Position numbers and translations under genes: made by a program. Shown here in pieces: positions 1 through 57,653 of a stretch of DNA of 64,000 nucleotides. The notes beneath the pieces are model-generated. The model made no database searches and had not been told where the DNA came from. It saw nothing but the letters and a program-made list of their open reading frames with translations. Location of the stretch: contig OZ004609.1 of assembly GCA_963924565.1 (NCBI GenBank), forward strand, positions 17,608,001 to 17,672,000. The letters run 5' to 3'. Origin of the DNA: Ascidiella aspersa (taxonomy: Eukaryota). Every line of letters starts with the position of its first letter. Positions within the stretch are counted from its first letter, which is position 1.

Positions 1-686
1 AAAACCTTAAATTGGTGCTACAGAGGTAGTATGACGAATAAACAGGATCGTAATTTGGCCTGGCGCATGAGCGTGATGACACTGCTTCGAAGCGCTATCA
101 ATCAACCCTAATTTCACAACGAGAACCACGACCAACATTACATTCAAGCAGACCTTACACGCAAGACATCTTTCTACAAGAACAATAATCAACCTGTTGC
201 CATTCACGTTTGTGACGTGATATTCATTGGTCGGGGCGGCTGAGATAGAACTCGAAAGTGACCTTTTGACGTAGAAGCGCTTCGCCTTGAGCGAATTGTA
301 AGCGGCGATGTCGGTTTCTAACTCTTCCCTTGGGTAAAGCAAGATAATTTCGTAGAATGACACTACCCTCAGGGCAAATAGTATACGACTCCAGGCGTTA
401 TTATGTAGGTTTGATGAAGTTCAGCAGAAATGACAATTTTCAAACAAACCACCGTCGTTTGCAGTTATTTGGAGAAGAGCCGTCACCAGCATAGACAGTG
501 ATAAATTACTCTCATGTTATTTGATAAACGTCACGTCTTGTAAATTTATAGTGGTCTAACGTTGCTGTTCACAATATACTTTTTATATCTTAAAGATATG
601 TAAATCGAGACAACCTAGTTCCAAAATAGGTTTAGTTTAATACTCTATTCAAATCGCATTGATGTTGAAAATTCAGTTTTACGCAC

Positions 687-45591
<44,905 letters not shown>

Positions 45592-47069
45592 TTTGAAGAT
45601 TTAATGCAAACAAATGCAGTATTTTTTCAAATGTAATAAACTTACACGACATTAAGTGCATGCACCCATACTAAAAATTAATACTGAAATAAAAACAATG
45701 TTTTTTTTAAAAAGTTAGGATCTGCATTATAACAAACATCCTTATATATATCATAATTGGCCAAAAAATCTGACTACTGTGCAAGGAAAAACTTCTACAA
45801 AGAAATATAAAAACTCTGCGCTGGTCTACAATCGTACCACATTCTCGCCCGGGTGTTTATATTGCTAACATTATTTGGGTTAGGTTGCTAGTTAGCATTA
45901 ATTAGAGTTTGGATGGGTCAAGTATTTATTATTAATATTAGGAACAAGTTATTAGACAGAATCGCCACGCAATTATTTATTTGATTTGAATTAGTTTTAA
46001 TTTTCCATATTTGCATTATTTTAAAAGATTTATTTCATAAATCTATGTAAATAGCATCAGGATACACATAGGTTATTTGGTGAGATCTATATTTACTCTC
46101 CCTTTTTTATTTCTTCCTTACAATTTTAATTTGCACAACTCGTTTCTTTACTGTAAAAAAAACAAAATGGTAGAATTCTAGACCAGTTTTAAAAATCAGG
46201 CAGTATAATGTTAAATGTGTCTAGAAACAATCTGAATTACAAAGCTTAAACACAAAATCAAACTCCTAATCCTAAATCCTTCGCTGTGATGTTGGAAAAT
46301 AAATGTATTATATGGCTCATAGAAATTCGAAACAAATAGGCTTGGTGTCGCCCTTGACCTCAGTCAACTTTGGAATAATTCATATATTATCAGTTTTTAA
46401 TGAAAGCAAAATTAATTCAGAACTAAAACATATTTTACATTTAACTTTATCGCATAATAAAAGCATATTTTTGATTCTTACAGACCACATTGATGACACC
46501 TTTTCAAGATATAGCAAAAACTGAGTAACAGTTCTTTCCTTTCAATAAATATGAATTTAACTTAGATATAAATTAATTGTATTTAAACCCATATAAAATG
46601 GCAAATATTCAAAGTTCAAACAATAAAATATTTTTGTACGTTTTCTGGTATTCCCGCTTTCAAACGATATCTTTGTCACGTGAGAGCATCCAATTGTGAC
46701 AATTAATCAGGTTGAAAGAAAAATCTCGAAACGAGGTTAGAAGTTAGAACTAATAAATGTCTACTAAGCTTCGGTGTTGGATTTCTTCCAGGGGCCAAAC
46801 GCGAAATTAAATATGCAATTTGTCGCGCCAAGCAGCACGGGGCAAAGTATGGAATTTTAAAATACATTGCTTGTTTCGAAAGAGACCATTAACCCGACTA
46901 AAATAGTTTAGGAAGTGGCTATTTACCAAAACTTAAATTCGAAGTACGGTACGGTAAACGATCCATTTTACATTTATGGAAGAATGAGCCGGTCTCCGAA
47001 GTACAAAATTCAAAGTTTGATAAATGACTGTAGAATTAGTTTGCAACTAAAACCAAGACGCCGGTTTAG

Positions 47070-47348
47070 AATTCGGCGCTCTTTCACTATTGTACGTAAA
47101 AATTAATAAAAAAAAAATTTTCTTCAAATGCCGTTTACCACAACACATATTGTTTGGGTTAGGGTGCGGGTTAGCGTTTGGGTGAGGGTGGGTCAAGTAA
47201 TATTATGTTTATTATTAATAATAACTTGACCCATCCTCACCCAAACGCTAACCCTAACCCAAACAATATGCGTTGTGGTATGCGATATTATTATTATTTT
47301 TTTCTGCATAACTTTTCACGTACAATAGTGAAAGAGCACCTAGAATTC
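47070..47348. repeat. Foldback (long inverted repeat) with TTAGGG-like motifs in the scrib-srsf7 spacer
   Basis: gctctttcactattgtacgt pairs with acgtacaatagtgaaagagc; inner arms taccacaac...gggtcaagt pair with acttgaccc...gttgtggta; related fragments at 45818-45940 and 47350-47612. Confidence 0.88.
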
Positions 47349-47772
47349 CACCACAATGTTGAAACAATTATTAAATTAACGCACAATATTTGGGTTGAGG
47401 TGTCGACTGTCGGTTAGTGTTTTAAGTATTATTATCTTTATTATTTCATAGTGCTGCTTTACCTACCCAAACACTAACCCAAATTATCTTCCCTGTGGTA
47501 GGATTTTAGACCAGTGCTTAATATTTATTTAACAATATTGTTTAACCTAACTAAACGCCAACCCACATCCTAACCCAAATAATGTTTATTGTGTTAAGAT
47601 ATTAGACCAGCGCCAAAGTTTTTCTACCCTTTTATGACGTTTAAAATTTGCACTAATGTTACCCGGCAAATAGCCTCTTCCAATAGGTTAAATTAATTTA
47701 CAGCATAGAATTTGCCTAGGGTGACACTTGAAGTGAGCGTGCAAAGCATATCAGCATAGTGAAACTATAGAC

Positions 47773-48305
47773 CAGGGGTCGGCAACCTTTTTGTAGTCGC
47801 GGGCCGCGAAAAAAAATGCGTTTGTTTGATTTAAAATCCGACTCCACACATCGTCATCCATACTACTAATGAAAAGTGTAATAAAACTACTTTGAGGAAA
47901 CGCAATAACATTAGTTAATCTAGTTGAGTGTTTGTCAACCTTTTAATTCCTGGGCACACATGGCGAGCGCGATTTTATTTTGGTATAACGCCATTTCTTG
48001 CAAGTTTTCATTAGCCTACATTGCTGACAGTAAAAAATAAAAAAATGCTAAAAAATATATGTCCAATATTTGTGAATACGTTTTCCGTTTGTCCGTAACG
48101 CACTTTGCAGCCTTTCACGGCACAACGGTAAAGAAGTGCTGATCTATATTTCAAAAGAAAGCGTCAAAACATAAACAAATCGAATGGAAAAGGATCATTC
48201 AAAAAATTTTTTGCACTTAAGTTGTTAAAATAGTTAAAAAGTATTTAAAATGGAATCATGCCTAGTTTGTCAAAGAGGCGGCGGGCCATAGGTTGCCAAC
48301 CCCTG
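47773..48305. mobile_element. hAT (Buster/Charlie-type) MITE, 533 bp
   Basis: TIR CAGGGGTCGGCAACC / GGTTGCCAACCCCTG; perfect 8-bp TSD CTATAGAC. Confidence 0.93.
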
Positions 48306-49010
48306 CTATAGACTAAATAAAGATAAAATGGTCACATAACTACAGTGGAACTTGATCCATAGTTACAACTTTAAAATTAGGTATGTTTGATGTGTTTGCT
48401 TCGCACTCTGCAGTACCAATTTTTTCGGAATTTTAAAAACACAGATGCAACACGAAGACATGGCTCATATTAGTATTTGTGTCACTTTGAAAAAACACTG
48501 CTCTAAATTACAAATTTGCCAAATTTTCGCAGATTTTTTGTGTGTTTGGTGAGTGTCATGTCTGGTTTTGTAACCAAAATAGGGTGGACATACAGCAATC
48601 CACTGATGGGAGGACAATTTTCCACTCTCTGCTATTCAACCTGTACGATTTTAGTGTGCTGCACTGTTGGTTTTAAACTTCTTGCTGTATGGTACAAGCA
48701 AGCAAATGCCAAATAGTCCAGAGCCTTTAACCGCTAAATTTTATTCATCAGATGCAAACTATATATGCAATATCCCTCTCCCGAGTCCGCAGCCCTGGTC
48801 TACAAACAATACGCAAAAAATATTGTGGCCCACCATTCTGTCAACCTTGGACCAACCTGGGCTATAACATAAAACTTCATGCGTTTGGTGTATTATAACA
48901 CATATATATTAAAAAACTGACCTGAATTCATCTTCCTCTTAAAGTCTTCCGGTAATTATTGTTTGGCAGATTCCTGTGATTTCTTGCAATTAAAAACAGG
49001 GTAAATCAAT

Positions 49011-49204
49011 ATGTCCCATCGTGATACAAAGGTGTACGTCGGCAATCTTTCTTCCAGCACAACCAGAGGAGATCTGGAGTATGAGTTTGAATATTATGGG
49101 CGACTAGCAAATGTCTGGGTAGCCAAAAGCCCACCTGGCTTTGCTTATGTAGAATTTGATGATTATCGCGATGCAGAAGATGCGATAAAGGGTTTGGATG
49201 GGAG
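49011..49204 (+). CDS. srsf7: SRSF7-like exon 1 (RRM)
   Basis: [13 protein letters not shown]...GLDG-R, donor gtatgt. Confidence 0.95.
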
Positions 49205-52200
49205 GTATGTTTCATTGTATTCAAATTAAAAAACACTTAATTTAAGTTATTTGATGCAATGCCTAAAGTCCAAGTCAAGTCATTTGTCTAAATGACTCAA
49301 GTCATTTTCTAGCTCATAGAAATAAAAATACTCCAGTTAAGTTATTGTTTATGTGGCAAATATTAAAACTTACGACCTTGGCCACACTGCTCAATGCTCA
49401 TGCATGGGGGATATAGACCTCGCGTTTTAAACTTTTTAGAATTTAATGCCCCAAAGTTATGCCTGTGAATATTTAACATAATCCTTGTGCTTGCTTCATA
49501 TATCCAGCGCACACTAGTAAAAATATTAATACCTATATACTTGAATATTTATATTCAGTCATAGTTACCTCTAAAAGTCGACCTAACAGGTTCACATTTA
49601 ACCGATTTAACCTATTGAGGACAATTCAAAAAATCTTGCACTCTGTTCAAAAGAGTCATCATTCAAGTTTGATTTCAATTCGGAATTGGTGCTTCATTTA
49701 CAAATTCATAACTGCCCAAGTTGAAAAAAAATACCTTTTTTGCATATAAAGTGCATAAAGACCAATTTTATTATGGACATTAGATTTTCACACAACCTTG
49801 TGTTAATCAACACTTACCTTAATAAAACAATATGAAGTACATTACATATTTTCTTAGTGATATTTTACACAAAATAATAAAGATTCAGCTGACAAGAATT
49901 GAATGATCACACAAATGTTTTTTTTAAATGAGTAATGCCATGATAACACTGGAGCCTTAAAAATAAGACTACTTTATATATGTAAGCTAAATTGTGCATT
50001 CCAAACTTGGGAAATAGCAATATATATATATATAAACTTAAACAATGGTTTACGTGCGACCATACCAGGGTTGTTCCTAAGAAAAAAATTACACTCGCCA
50101 GCGTGGCGAGCGGCTATCAATCAGCACTCGCCCAGATGAAATAACACTCGCCAAATTTGTTGGCACGCTGTCTACAAATAACTGCCCTATCGCGGTCATT
50201 TCTTGGGTTGTCGTTAACCTGTCTTATGGTTTCTATATGTAAACATTAGTTTTTATAAAATTCTGATCGTTTATTTCCCTACATGGATAAACAAATTAAT
50301 GACCCATAAGCAGTTTACTCTTAAAACAATGTTTTTAGCCGAGATATTTTGTACAGTCTTTAATGAAAAAAAGAACACTAACAATTTAGTAGCCACTGCC
50401 TGCCTGTTTTCCCTTGTTTTTAAATGCTTGCGCTCTTTTTTTCGTATTCAGGTTTTTCTGTGCTTAAAGGACGTTTCACCGCAGGTTGCTTTGCTTCACA
50501 AACAAAACGCCACATTTTGCCTAACACTATATAGTTACTGGTTGAACAGCAAGTAATCACAAAATAATTATAAATTTACAACTAAACCATTCTTTCGCAC
50601 AGTTAACAACCATATACCAAAGGTTCTGTGCTGTGCGACGTGGGTTGTTTCAATTTTCCAAGGGCGGCCGCAATGGTTTCGATTTGTATCTAAACATAAT
50701 CGCGATATAAAATATTTACAGACAAGTATTTTTTAATCTTTGGCTTGGTTGTCCGTTATGAACTTAAGAGATCGCAACAATATACTTACAGAGACTTATT
50801 GCTGATTCTCAGCTGTAGTTACGATATTTTAAAATACCGTAGTGCTCAGTAGGCCATTCCGGTCCCTCAAAACATCTTAAAAATCACTGCTTACAAACAA
50901 TATTATACATTTGCATTCAAACTTATTGTTACCAAGAACTGCAGCAATTGCTTATTGTTTTCTTAACAAACAATTCAGAAAAGTAAACTTTTTATCGCTG
51001 GGTACATCGCAGGTAAAGTAAACTTTTCCAAAGGCGTCAACGACTGGCTTAAACATTTAAAAATTAACAACGTTCAAGTTAAACAATAAACTTTATAACT
51101 ATTTACCACTGCAGCAATAACGTCTTTGATTGTTTACTGGTAAACGATTTTTTAAACGAGACAATGAGTCTTTATTATGATCATACAACGGGACAAAGAA
51201 TCTTTATTAAGAGCTTCAAAGGTGACTCCGATTAACCTTATTATGTGTGCAGTGTTGAATGTATTTGCTCCTTAGTGGTTAACAAAATAACCCGCGCTAA
51301 GTAATATTTCGGTAAGAAGTGGTGCAAAATTTCTCGCCAGTCGTGCGTGTGGGTGTCAATCAGCACTCGTCCGGAGTGACTTGCACTCGCATTGGCGAGT
51401 GGGCGAGTGCTTAAGCCCAACCCTGCATACACAGACGTAAACAATGGTTTACGTGCAACCATACACCTGTTGGCTAAATGGCATACGAATTGTTTACCAT
51501 ATTAATATTAAGAAATTTCTACTCTATATAAATAGTTGAGCAATTTAAGAATCCTTGTGAAAAAAATTGCATGTATAGGTTTGACCGAAAACAGCAATAT
51601 TACTTATTCTATTGCCTCATGTTAAGGCATAAATTTGTTTTGCATTTTTTTATGTATTTTTGAATTTTCTATTTGTGTGGTATACAAAGTTATTAGTAAG
51701 TTGGTAAATGCATTATATCCATAGCACTTTTTTATTAAGAGACTAACATGGAGCCACAACATAATAGGATAGCACCAAAAAAGTTATTTAAATACCTTAC
51801 CTCGGGCTTGTGGCAAGTAGCATTTTAACACATGTCGGATATTCCCTGCTTTACAAGATACACCTTTATACAAAATTCTGAAGATACTTTGTTAGATAAA
51901 TATGCTGCTACTAGGCATAGTATACTTAAAAGAAGCTCTTCTGGTGCAAAGTTGGAGAAAATAAATAAGTACCCAAAGAGCTTATTTTATTGTATATCGC
52001 ATTAAAGCTTTTTTTGTCTACTTTAGAATTTATATATTGTATATGTATTCCTTTTTAGAGAGTTGCATGGTCGACGCATCCGTGTTGAATGGTCCCATGG
52101 TGGCCCAAGAGGAGGACGGGAATTTGGTGAACGAGGCAGGGAGCGTGATAGGGGTTCCAGGAGATCCTTTCATCCTAATGACCGCTGCTATAACTGTGGA

Positions 52201-53501
52201 GAAACTGGCCACTATGCATATGACTGTGACCTTTATCATAGGAGGAATTCACGAGGAGGGTATGATAGTTTTATGACATATAAATGTAAATGTTCTTTGC
52301 TAAACGGTATTTCGAATAATAATTATACCAGTAATTGTTAAAAAAGTTATAAACATTTTTTTGCAAACTTTCTATCCTTTAATAGTAGAAAGTAGACCAT
52401 TTTGCTCAACATGTAAAATTAAAATAGGTGCATCTAAAATTAAATGTGGTTCTTGCTGCTTAATAACTGTTGAAAATATATTTAGAAAGTTGCATCGTGT
52501 ATAGTATGATTTTAAGAAAAATACTGTAGGTAATAATTTTGCAAAAATTTGACTTTGCCTTTGACATTAACAAAAGAAACAAAACACTGACAGGCTTGCC
52601 CTAATGTCATTCAGGGTATAGAATTTGAGATCTGCGATATTGAGATTGGAGACTCTTTTGGAGAACTAGAGATTCTCTCCGATGATTGAGAAACTTGAGA
52701 CTGCTGACTGGCTTACTCCTGAATAGAAATAGATATATTCATTAAGTTGAACAACATACTTTTTGTAATTTAAAATATTTATTTCCTATATCATTACTTT
52801 GCTCCCAAGGCAATTAAGCACTTATGCAATGAGAAATGCAAAACTTTAAATAAGAATTTTTCACCTAAAGTGGTTTTATCCAATGCAACAGTTTTAATAA
52901 TTTCGTATTAAGTAAACAACTAACAAGTATTTCATGGTCACAATGTCTGACATTGATGAATATTTTCAGAAGTGATAGACGTAGAAGTCGGCGATCGAAC
53001 TCTCGTTCTCGATCAAGATCACGCTCACACAAAAGAAGAAGATCCAGAAGTTATTCGCGTTCCAAGAGTCGATCTCCGAGACGCAGAAGTGCATCAAGAA
53101 GCCGCTCTCGGTACGTGTGCGCTTATAATAATTCAATTAAAAAACTATAGTGACTATGTTTATGCCTCCTGCTATTAAAATTACGAAATCTTGCAAAATA
53201 AGGCTTTAATATTTCAAAGATTGTTGCGAAACTGTCATAGCATACCATTACGATAAACATTTTTATTTATGATAGTATACCTTAAATGAAACTTCACCCA
53301 TTAGTTCTTATGTTTGGAAATTTAATTTAATTATATTTTTCAAGGAGTGTGAAATCGCGGTCCCGTTCCAAATCTCGAGACAGGCGTTCACGTTCGGATT
53401 CGCGGGGTCGCAAATCGGGAAGCGAGAAGCGTTCTGCAGTAAACGGTGATAGTGTCAACAAACGAAGTGTTTCAAAGTCCCGTTCCAGATCCAGGTCTTA
53501 A
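49011..53501 (+). CDS. srsf7: SR splicing factor, SRSF7/9G8 type (RRM + CCHC zinc knuckle + RS domain); exons 49011-49204, 52059-52259, 52970-53110, 53345-53501
   Basis: RRM with KVYVGNL and PPGFAYVEF; knuckle [16 protein letters not shown]; RS repeats; all junctions GT-AG, phase 2; TAA at 53499-53501. Confidence 0.95.
50066..51425. mobile_element. Non-autonomous DNA transposon in SRSF7-like intron 1, 1360 bp
   Basis: TIR CAGGGTTG..TAAG / TTAAGCCCAACCCTG; subterminal CACTCGCC/GGCGAG repeats at both ends; 5-bp flank match CATAC. Confidence 0.85.
52059..52259 (+). CDS. srsf7: SRSF7-like exon 2 (RRM end and zinc knuckle)
   Basis: [14 protein letters not shown]...[14 protein letters not shown]. 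Confidence 0.95.
52615..52911 (+). other. Candidate poison exon or alternative 3' splice site in the intron after the zinc-knuckle exon
   Basis: Branch-like cctaat plus tcattcag acceptor; in-frame TAG two codons in; GAGA-rich body; 3' end uncertain. Confidence 0.5.
52970..53110 (+). CDS. srsf7: SRSF7-like exon 3 (RS domain)
   Basis: RS dipeptide repeats, ttcag acceptor, gtacgt donor. Confidence 0.93.
53345..53501 (+). CDS. srsf7: SRSF7-like exon 4 (RS domain to stop)
   Basis: [17 protein letters not shown]...SRSRSRS*. Confidence 0.9.
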
Positions 53502-53699
53502 AGATTCACATTTAAATATGATAACGTCGCTCTATGGCTTTGTCAGGACTCTATTTGTCAATAGCGCTGTGGTTGTTTTTATCCACTGTTCAATTGTTTT
53601 CAATAGAGAGTCGTTTGTCAATCTTGCACAATGTTTGCGACAAATGGTTAGGTCTGTATGTTTTTAAAATCGTTGTAATGTAAAAAGGCAATATCTGTA

Positions 53700-53705
53700 A
53701 ATAAA
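53700..53705 (+). terminator. Probable polyadenylation signal of the SRSF7-like gene
   Basis: AATAAA about 200 nt after the stop, followed by GT-rich gtggtgtttgtgtgg. Confidence 0.6.
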
Positions 53706-54164
53706 CTTTCTGATTTGTAAAGTGGTGTTTGTGTGGAGCAAGTTTTATGTCATCAAAAATGCCATAACAAGGTAATCATAAAAATTGGTTTTAAAGTTAA
53801 ACCGGGGAAATTTTCAGAGACGACGTCTCAAAATTAAGTCGTAAAACAAGTAACTTAACAAATCTGCTGCTCCCGAACATGTGCGCAAAAACTTAACAAA
53901 CAAAATTGTTGTCATGCTAAGATTTCGCACTTGCCCGCTCCCTAATGCAAATGTGGTCATGTTTTCCACGAAAACAGAAACATAGGAGAAAATGAATAAA
54001 AACTTTTGATCAGTAAACAAGTTTTTTAATACGTACAAGGTGCACTTTTTATTTACATTGATTATAATAATGTTTGTTTTAGAGTTTTTGTTGTATACGT
54101 CCACTTGTTAGGGATGTTCAAAGTAGAATATCGGATCATTAGATTCGAATCCAATTTTTGTTTT

Positions 54165-54390
54165 TGTGGGTTAGGGTTGAAATTATTAGGTAAGTTAGTG
54201 ATATACTCAGGGTTGTGGTTTGGTTAGGTGAAAGTATTGATTAGGCCTGATTCTGGTCATTTAGGTCTTATTCCGACGGGTTTAGGACTCATTCCGATTT
54301 ATACAATACTACGACTTTAGGTATTAGTCCGATTTTGGTCATATTCTGGCAGTTGATGTTGTTCTTATCTCGGTTTTATGGGTGGATTCC
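54165..54390. mobile_element. Partial copy of the 36592-37241 MULE-type family (right arm)
   Basis: Collinear similarity to 36995-37241 (ggtcttattccgacg...tcggttttatgggtggattcc). Confidence 0.7.
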
Positions 54391-54703
54391 TATTGGGCTA
54401 GTCAATCAACTGTTATTGGACGAGCGACCGACGTGCAATGCCAGGTGCAGAGATTTCGCAATTTCCTTCAAATGCGTAAAGTTGCAAAAGAAACATTCCA
54501 TTGTAAAACGTGCTGGACAAAATGGGCTACAGGCTTTTTCCAAGGTCAACCCCGAACTCAAAGCGAGGAATATATGCACGAATGGAAATATTTGTCGAAC
54601 TTACGAACAACGTAATTGTTAGGTATTATGGTAGCGCATTATTGACAGTAACTCGGTATTCTTATAAATAATTTGACCGGCTTATTAACGAATCCATTTA
54701 GAG

Positions 54704-55370
54704 CAGTGTTTTTAACCTGGGTTTGATCTAACCCCTGGGGTCGAACTGTTTCAGGGGTTTAACGGGAACGTCCTCTGAAACATTATTACACAGCTTACTT
54801 AAACCTATATCACAATTTGTTTTTGAAATCTGCCATGGTCATGCCAAAACTATGTTTTTGCCAACCTATGTATAAATATAATTTTTTCACTCTGTGCGAA
54901 CTTTCGATCTTTTTTTCATGTTTTTGCCTATTTTAAGGGAATTTATTCAGTCCCTTAGAGCTTATATATTATGCAACTCATAAAACTGACGATGCAAATT
55001 GTGTTAAGTTATACTATGAATGCCATTATTTCAAATTAAATTTTAACCTTGTTATAATTATCCGTTGAACTAAATGTTTTGTCAATTTAACCCAAATAAA
55101 CGCAAAATTATTATTATGCCAAGTTTCAGCTGCATTTTTACGTATGGGTTCGCTAGAGAACAATAGGTATTTTCCAGATTAATTGTTGTATGGCAGCACA
55201 TCTGACATACCTTTATCCTTAAAAACCTTCAACTTTCCCCAAAACAAAATCCTGGATCTTCTCCGTTTTGGAAAGAAAGAAAATGGATACTGAGCAAAAG
55301 TTTGGGGTTCTGTGAAAGCTGGCAGAATAACATAGGGGCTCGACTGGGTAGCATAGGTAAACAACCACTG
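54704..55370. mobile_element. hAT MITE, 667 bp
   Basis: TIR CAGTGTTTTTAACC / GGTAAACAACCACTG; TSD atttagag/gtttagag. Confidence 0.8.
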
Positions 55371-57653
55371 GTTTAGAGTAAAGTAAAACTAAAACGCAAC
55401 AGTATAGGCTGCCTTGAAAAGAACTCAATTTGTGAAGAGTTCGTTGTGTTCTTACTATATGGGCAAAAGTTAAGTTGGGGCAGAAACCTGCTTTTTATAT
55501 CATGTTTAAGTGTTGTTTTGTGTAGTTGTGCACGAAAAGTTAACGAACTGCTTTACATGGTGTTTGTTCATAATTCACTGGGGAACACAATTTTTGTTGA
55601 CTTCGATTTAACAATTGTTAACTAACTTTTGGGCGCTGAATCTAATAATGACATCAAATTTTCTCTATCAGGTCAAATTTGTGAGCTAGGCACCAATAGG
55701 GGGGGGGGGTGAAGTGCCCTTTTCATGAAAAATTATATATTGTTTTCACAACGTTAAATATTATGCGACGGAAATCATAAAAAAATGACATGGTTGACAT
55801 TTGTTAAAACATTTTTGGTACCATTTTAAGCCAATCTAGAGAGCGTGGCCGCAAGAAATTTTCCGCGGGAGTGCCCCCGGAGTCCCCCCAATAATTCGGA
55901 TCGCTACGCTCGCCTGCGGTCTATGTTGCCCTTAACCAAAAAAGTCGCCCCCTTGCCCTGAAATCGATCCGGCGTCCCTGGTCCGAGCTTTATGTACATC
56001 TATGTCAACAAGTGGCTCATGTAGAACAATGGGATGACCAGGTTTAAGGTCAGATCTGTGAGGCCAGTTCTTCTCCACACAGTGCTGATCTCGTGATCTG
56101 CTCTCGCACATACACAAATAGCAGGGGAACTTTGTGTGTCCATGTTGCGCATTTAACGAGCTTTTTAAACGTGTATCGACCTAAATAAATTCCTGTGCCT
56201 TTTTTCCTTAATAATTTGGCCCTTCTTGTATATGACTTACTATATGATTAGCTTGTGCATTCCTATTACGTATCCAAAAGCAATACGGCTAAATTCGTAA
56301 AAACTAGCTTATTTTGGATATATGCTGTAGAGCAAAAACTTGACGTGGTAGAGGAAAACTGGCGGTGTTTTTGAAATCAGCCTAAATCAAGTGCAAAATC
56401 AAAGTCAACAATTTTTTTTGCAAAATTGTTCCCCAGTGAATGGAGTGATTGACTATTTAATTTTTCGATTACTACCTGGGCGCCGAGTATCAGGAGACAT
56501 CGCAGAACGTCTCAATATAGTTTATTACAAATGGCACATCTGTATAGGCTACTATAGAGCAGGCCAGGTGAGTTTTTGTTGACGTAGGCTACTACTCAAT
56601 AATTGGTAAAAAAAAATTAGTAAAAATTACAACCAATTTTAACGGACCATTTCTGAGGTTTTCAGCCAATCTGTGTTAACTACAAAACAAAAAACTAACA
56701 AAAATGCAGTATGCAAGTTTTAAAAACAGCGTGCCAATATTTTTATTCAGCGCTCAATAACTTATTACTTGTGCCTGGTTTTATTCTTGCGATGCACAAG
56801 TACCACAAAATTCCCAAAATAATAAACTGTGTTATTTCTTTAATTTAATTGTTGTGTTATGCAGTATTTGTAAAATATTTAACTGAAATTTCTGAAAAGT
56901 TGTCTAAATTCGGTAGTTTCCTAAAGATTTTGTTACGTCACAAGCGACTTGAAACAATGGCTTTTGCCAGGGCAAGTTTTTTTTACATTTTCTTACATAT
57001 TCGTTCAGTGTCTTTTGTCGGGAACGACAGAAATTTATGGCAGATGCGAAAGCTATGTTTTTTATTCGAATCCACTCGAAACTGTTTGCGCCCTTCAATG
57101 GGTTGTTCGGCAATACGTTCGAACCAAAGCAGCCTGCGAATGATTTCCAGGTTCTGCAGAAATGTTTCTATTCAATGGTCCCGGACTCATCGGAAAAACT
57201 GTAGACCAACCTAGCTTTTAACATCGTTATGTTGTTGGTCAGTGTTGTAGTGTTCATTGCACTCTTTGAGGGTGGATGTGGATGTGTTCTCGTACAAAGG
57301 TAAATATATTTCAACTTAACGCAAACGTTATATATATTTGCATGTTTTTGTTGCGATAGCCATGTAATTTCACATAATCTACACTTAAGTTTGATCAGCG
57401 ATATTTTAGTTACAATTCGTTGTTTAGGTTTGTATCCTTTCTACGAAGAATTGTGCCTCTCGGAAACGGTTCACTTAAAAAAGACTTAAAGGTAGAGCAT
57501 AAGTTACACCAGTGTTTCAGATGTTTGATCGAATTAGCTGCTTTACCTTAAAGTTTCTTTAAAAAAGAGTATGATTGTAGGATGCGGCTAAACTTTTGAA
57601 TGAGATGTTTGCTAGCTATAGCCTTCTGAAAATAAACGTTATCTACTATAGGA

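Noticed and set aside
7-363. 118-aa minus-strand ORF as the next Scribble exon
   Set aside because: It lacks the expected MxSLEQDA continuation and any recognisable motif; treated as intron.
46700-46867. Minus-strand ATG frame MYFKIPYFAPCCLARQI as Scribble exon 1
   Set aside because: The resemblance is superficial. The exon at 45545-45591 fits the family N-terminus and has the correct donor and phase.
54335-54622. Cys-containing ORFs (FHCKTCW) as a zinc/RING finger
   Set aside because: Incomplete ligand spacing, overlap with a repeat end, and no splice support.
55690-55980. GC-rich segment ending CCCTG as a complete transposon
   Set aside because: It looks like a repeat end, but I could not find a matching TIR or TSD.
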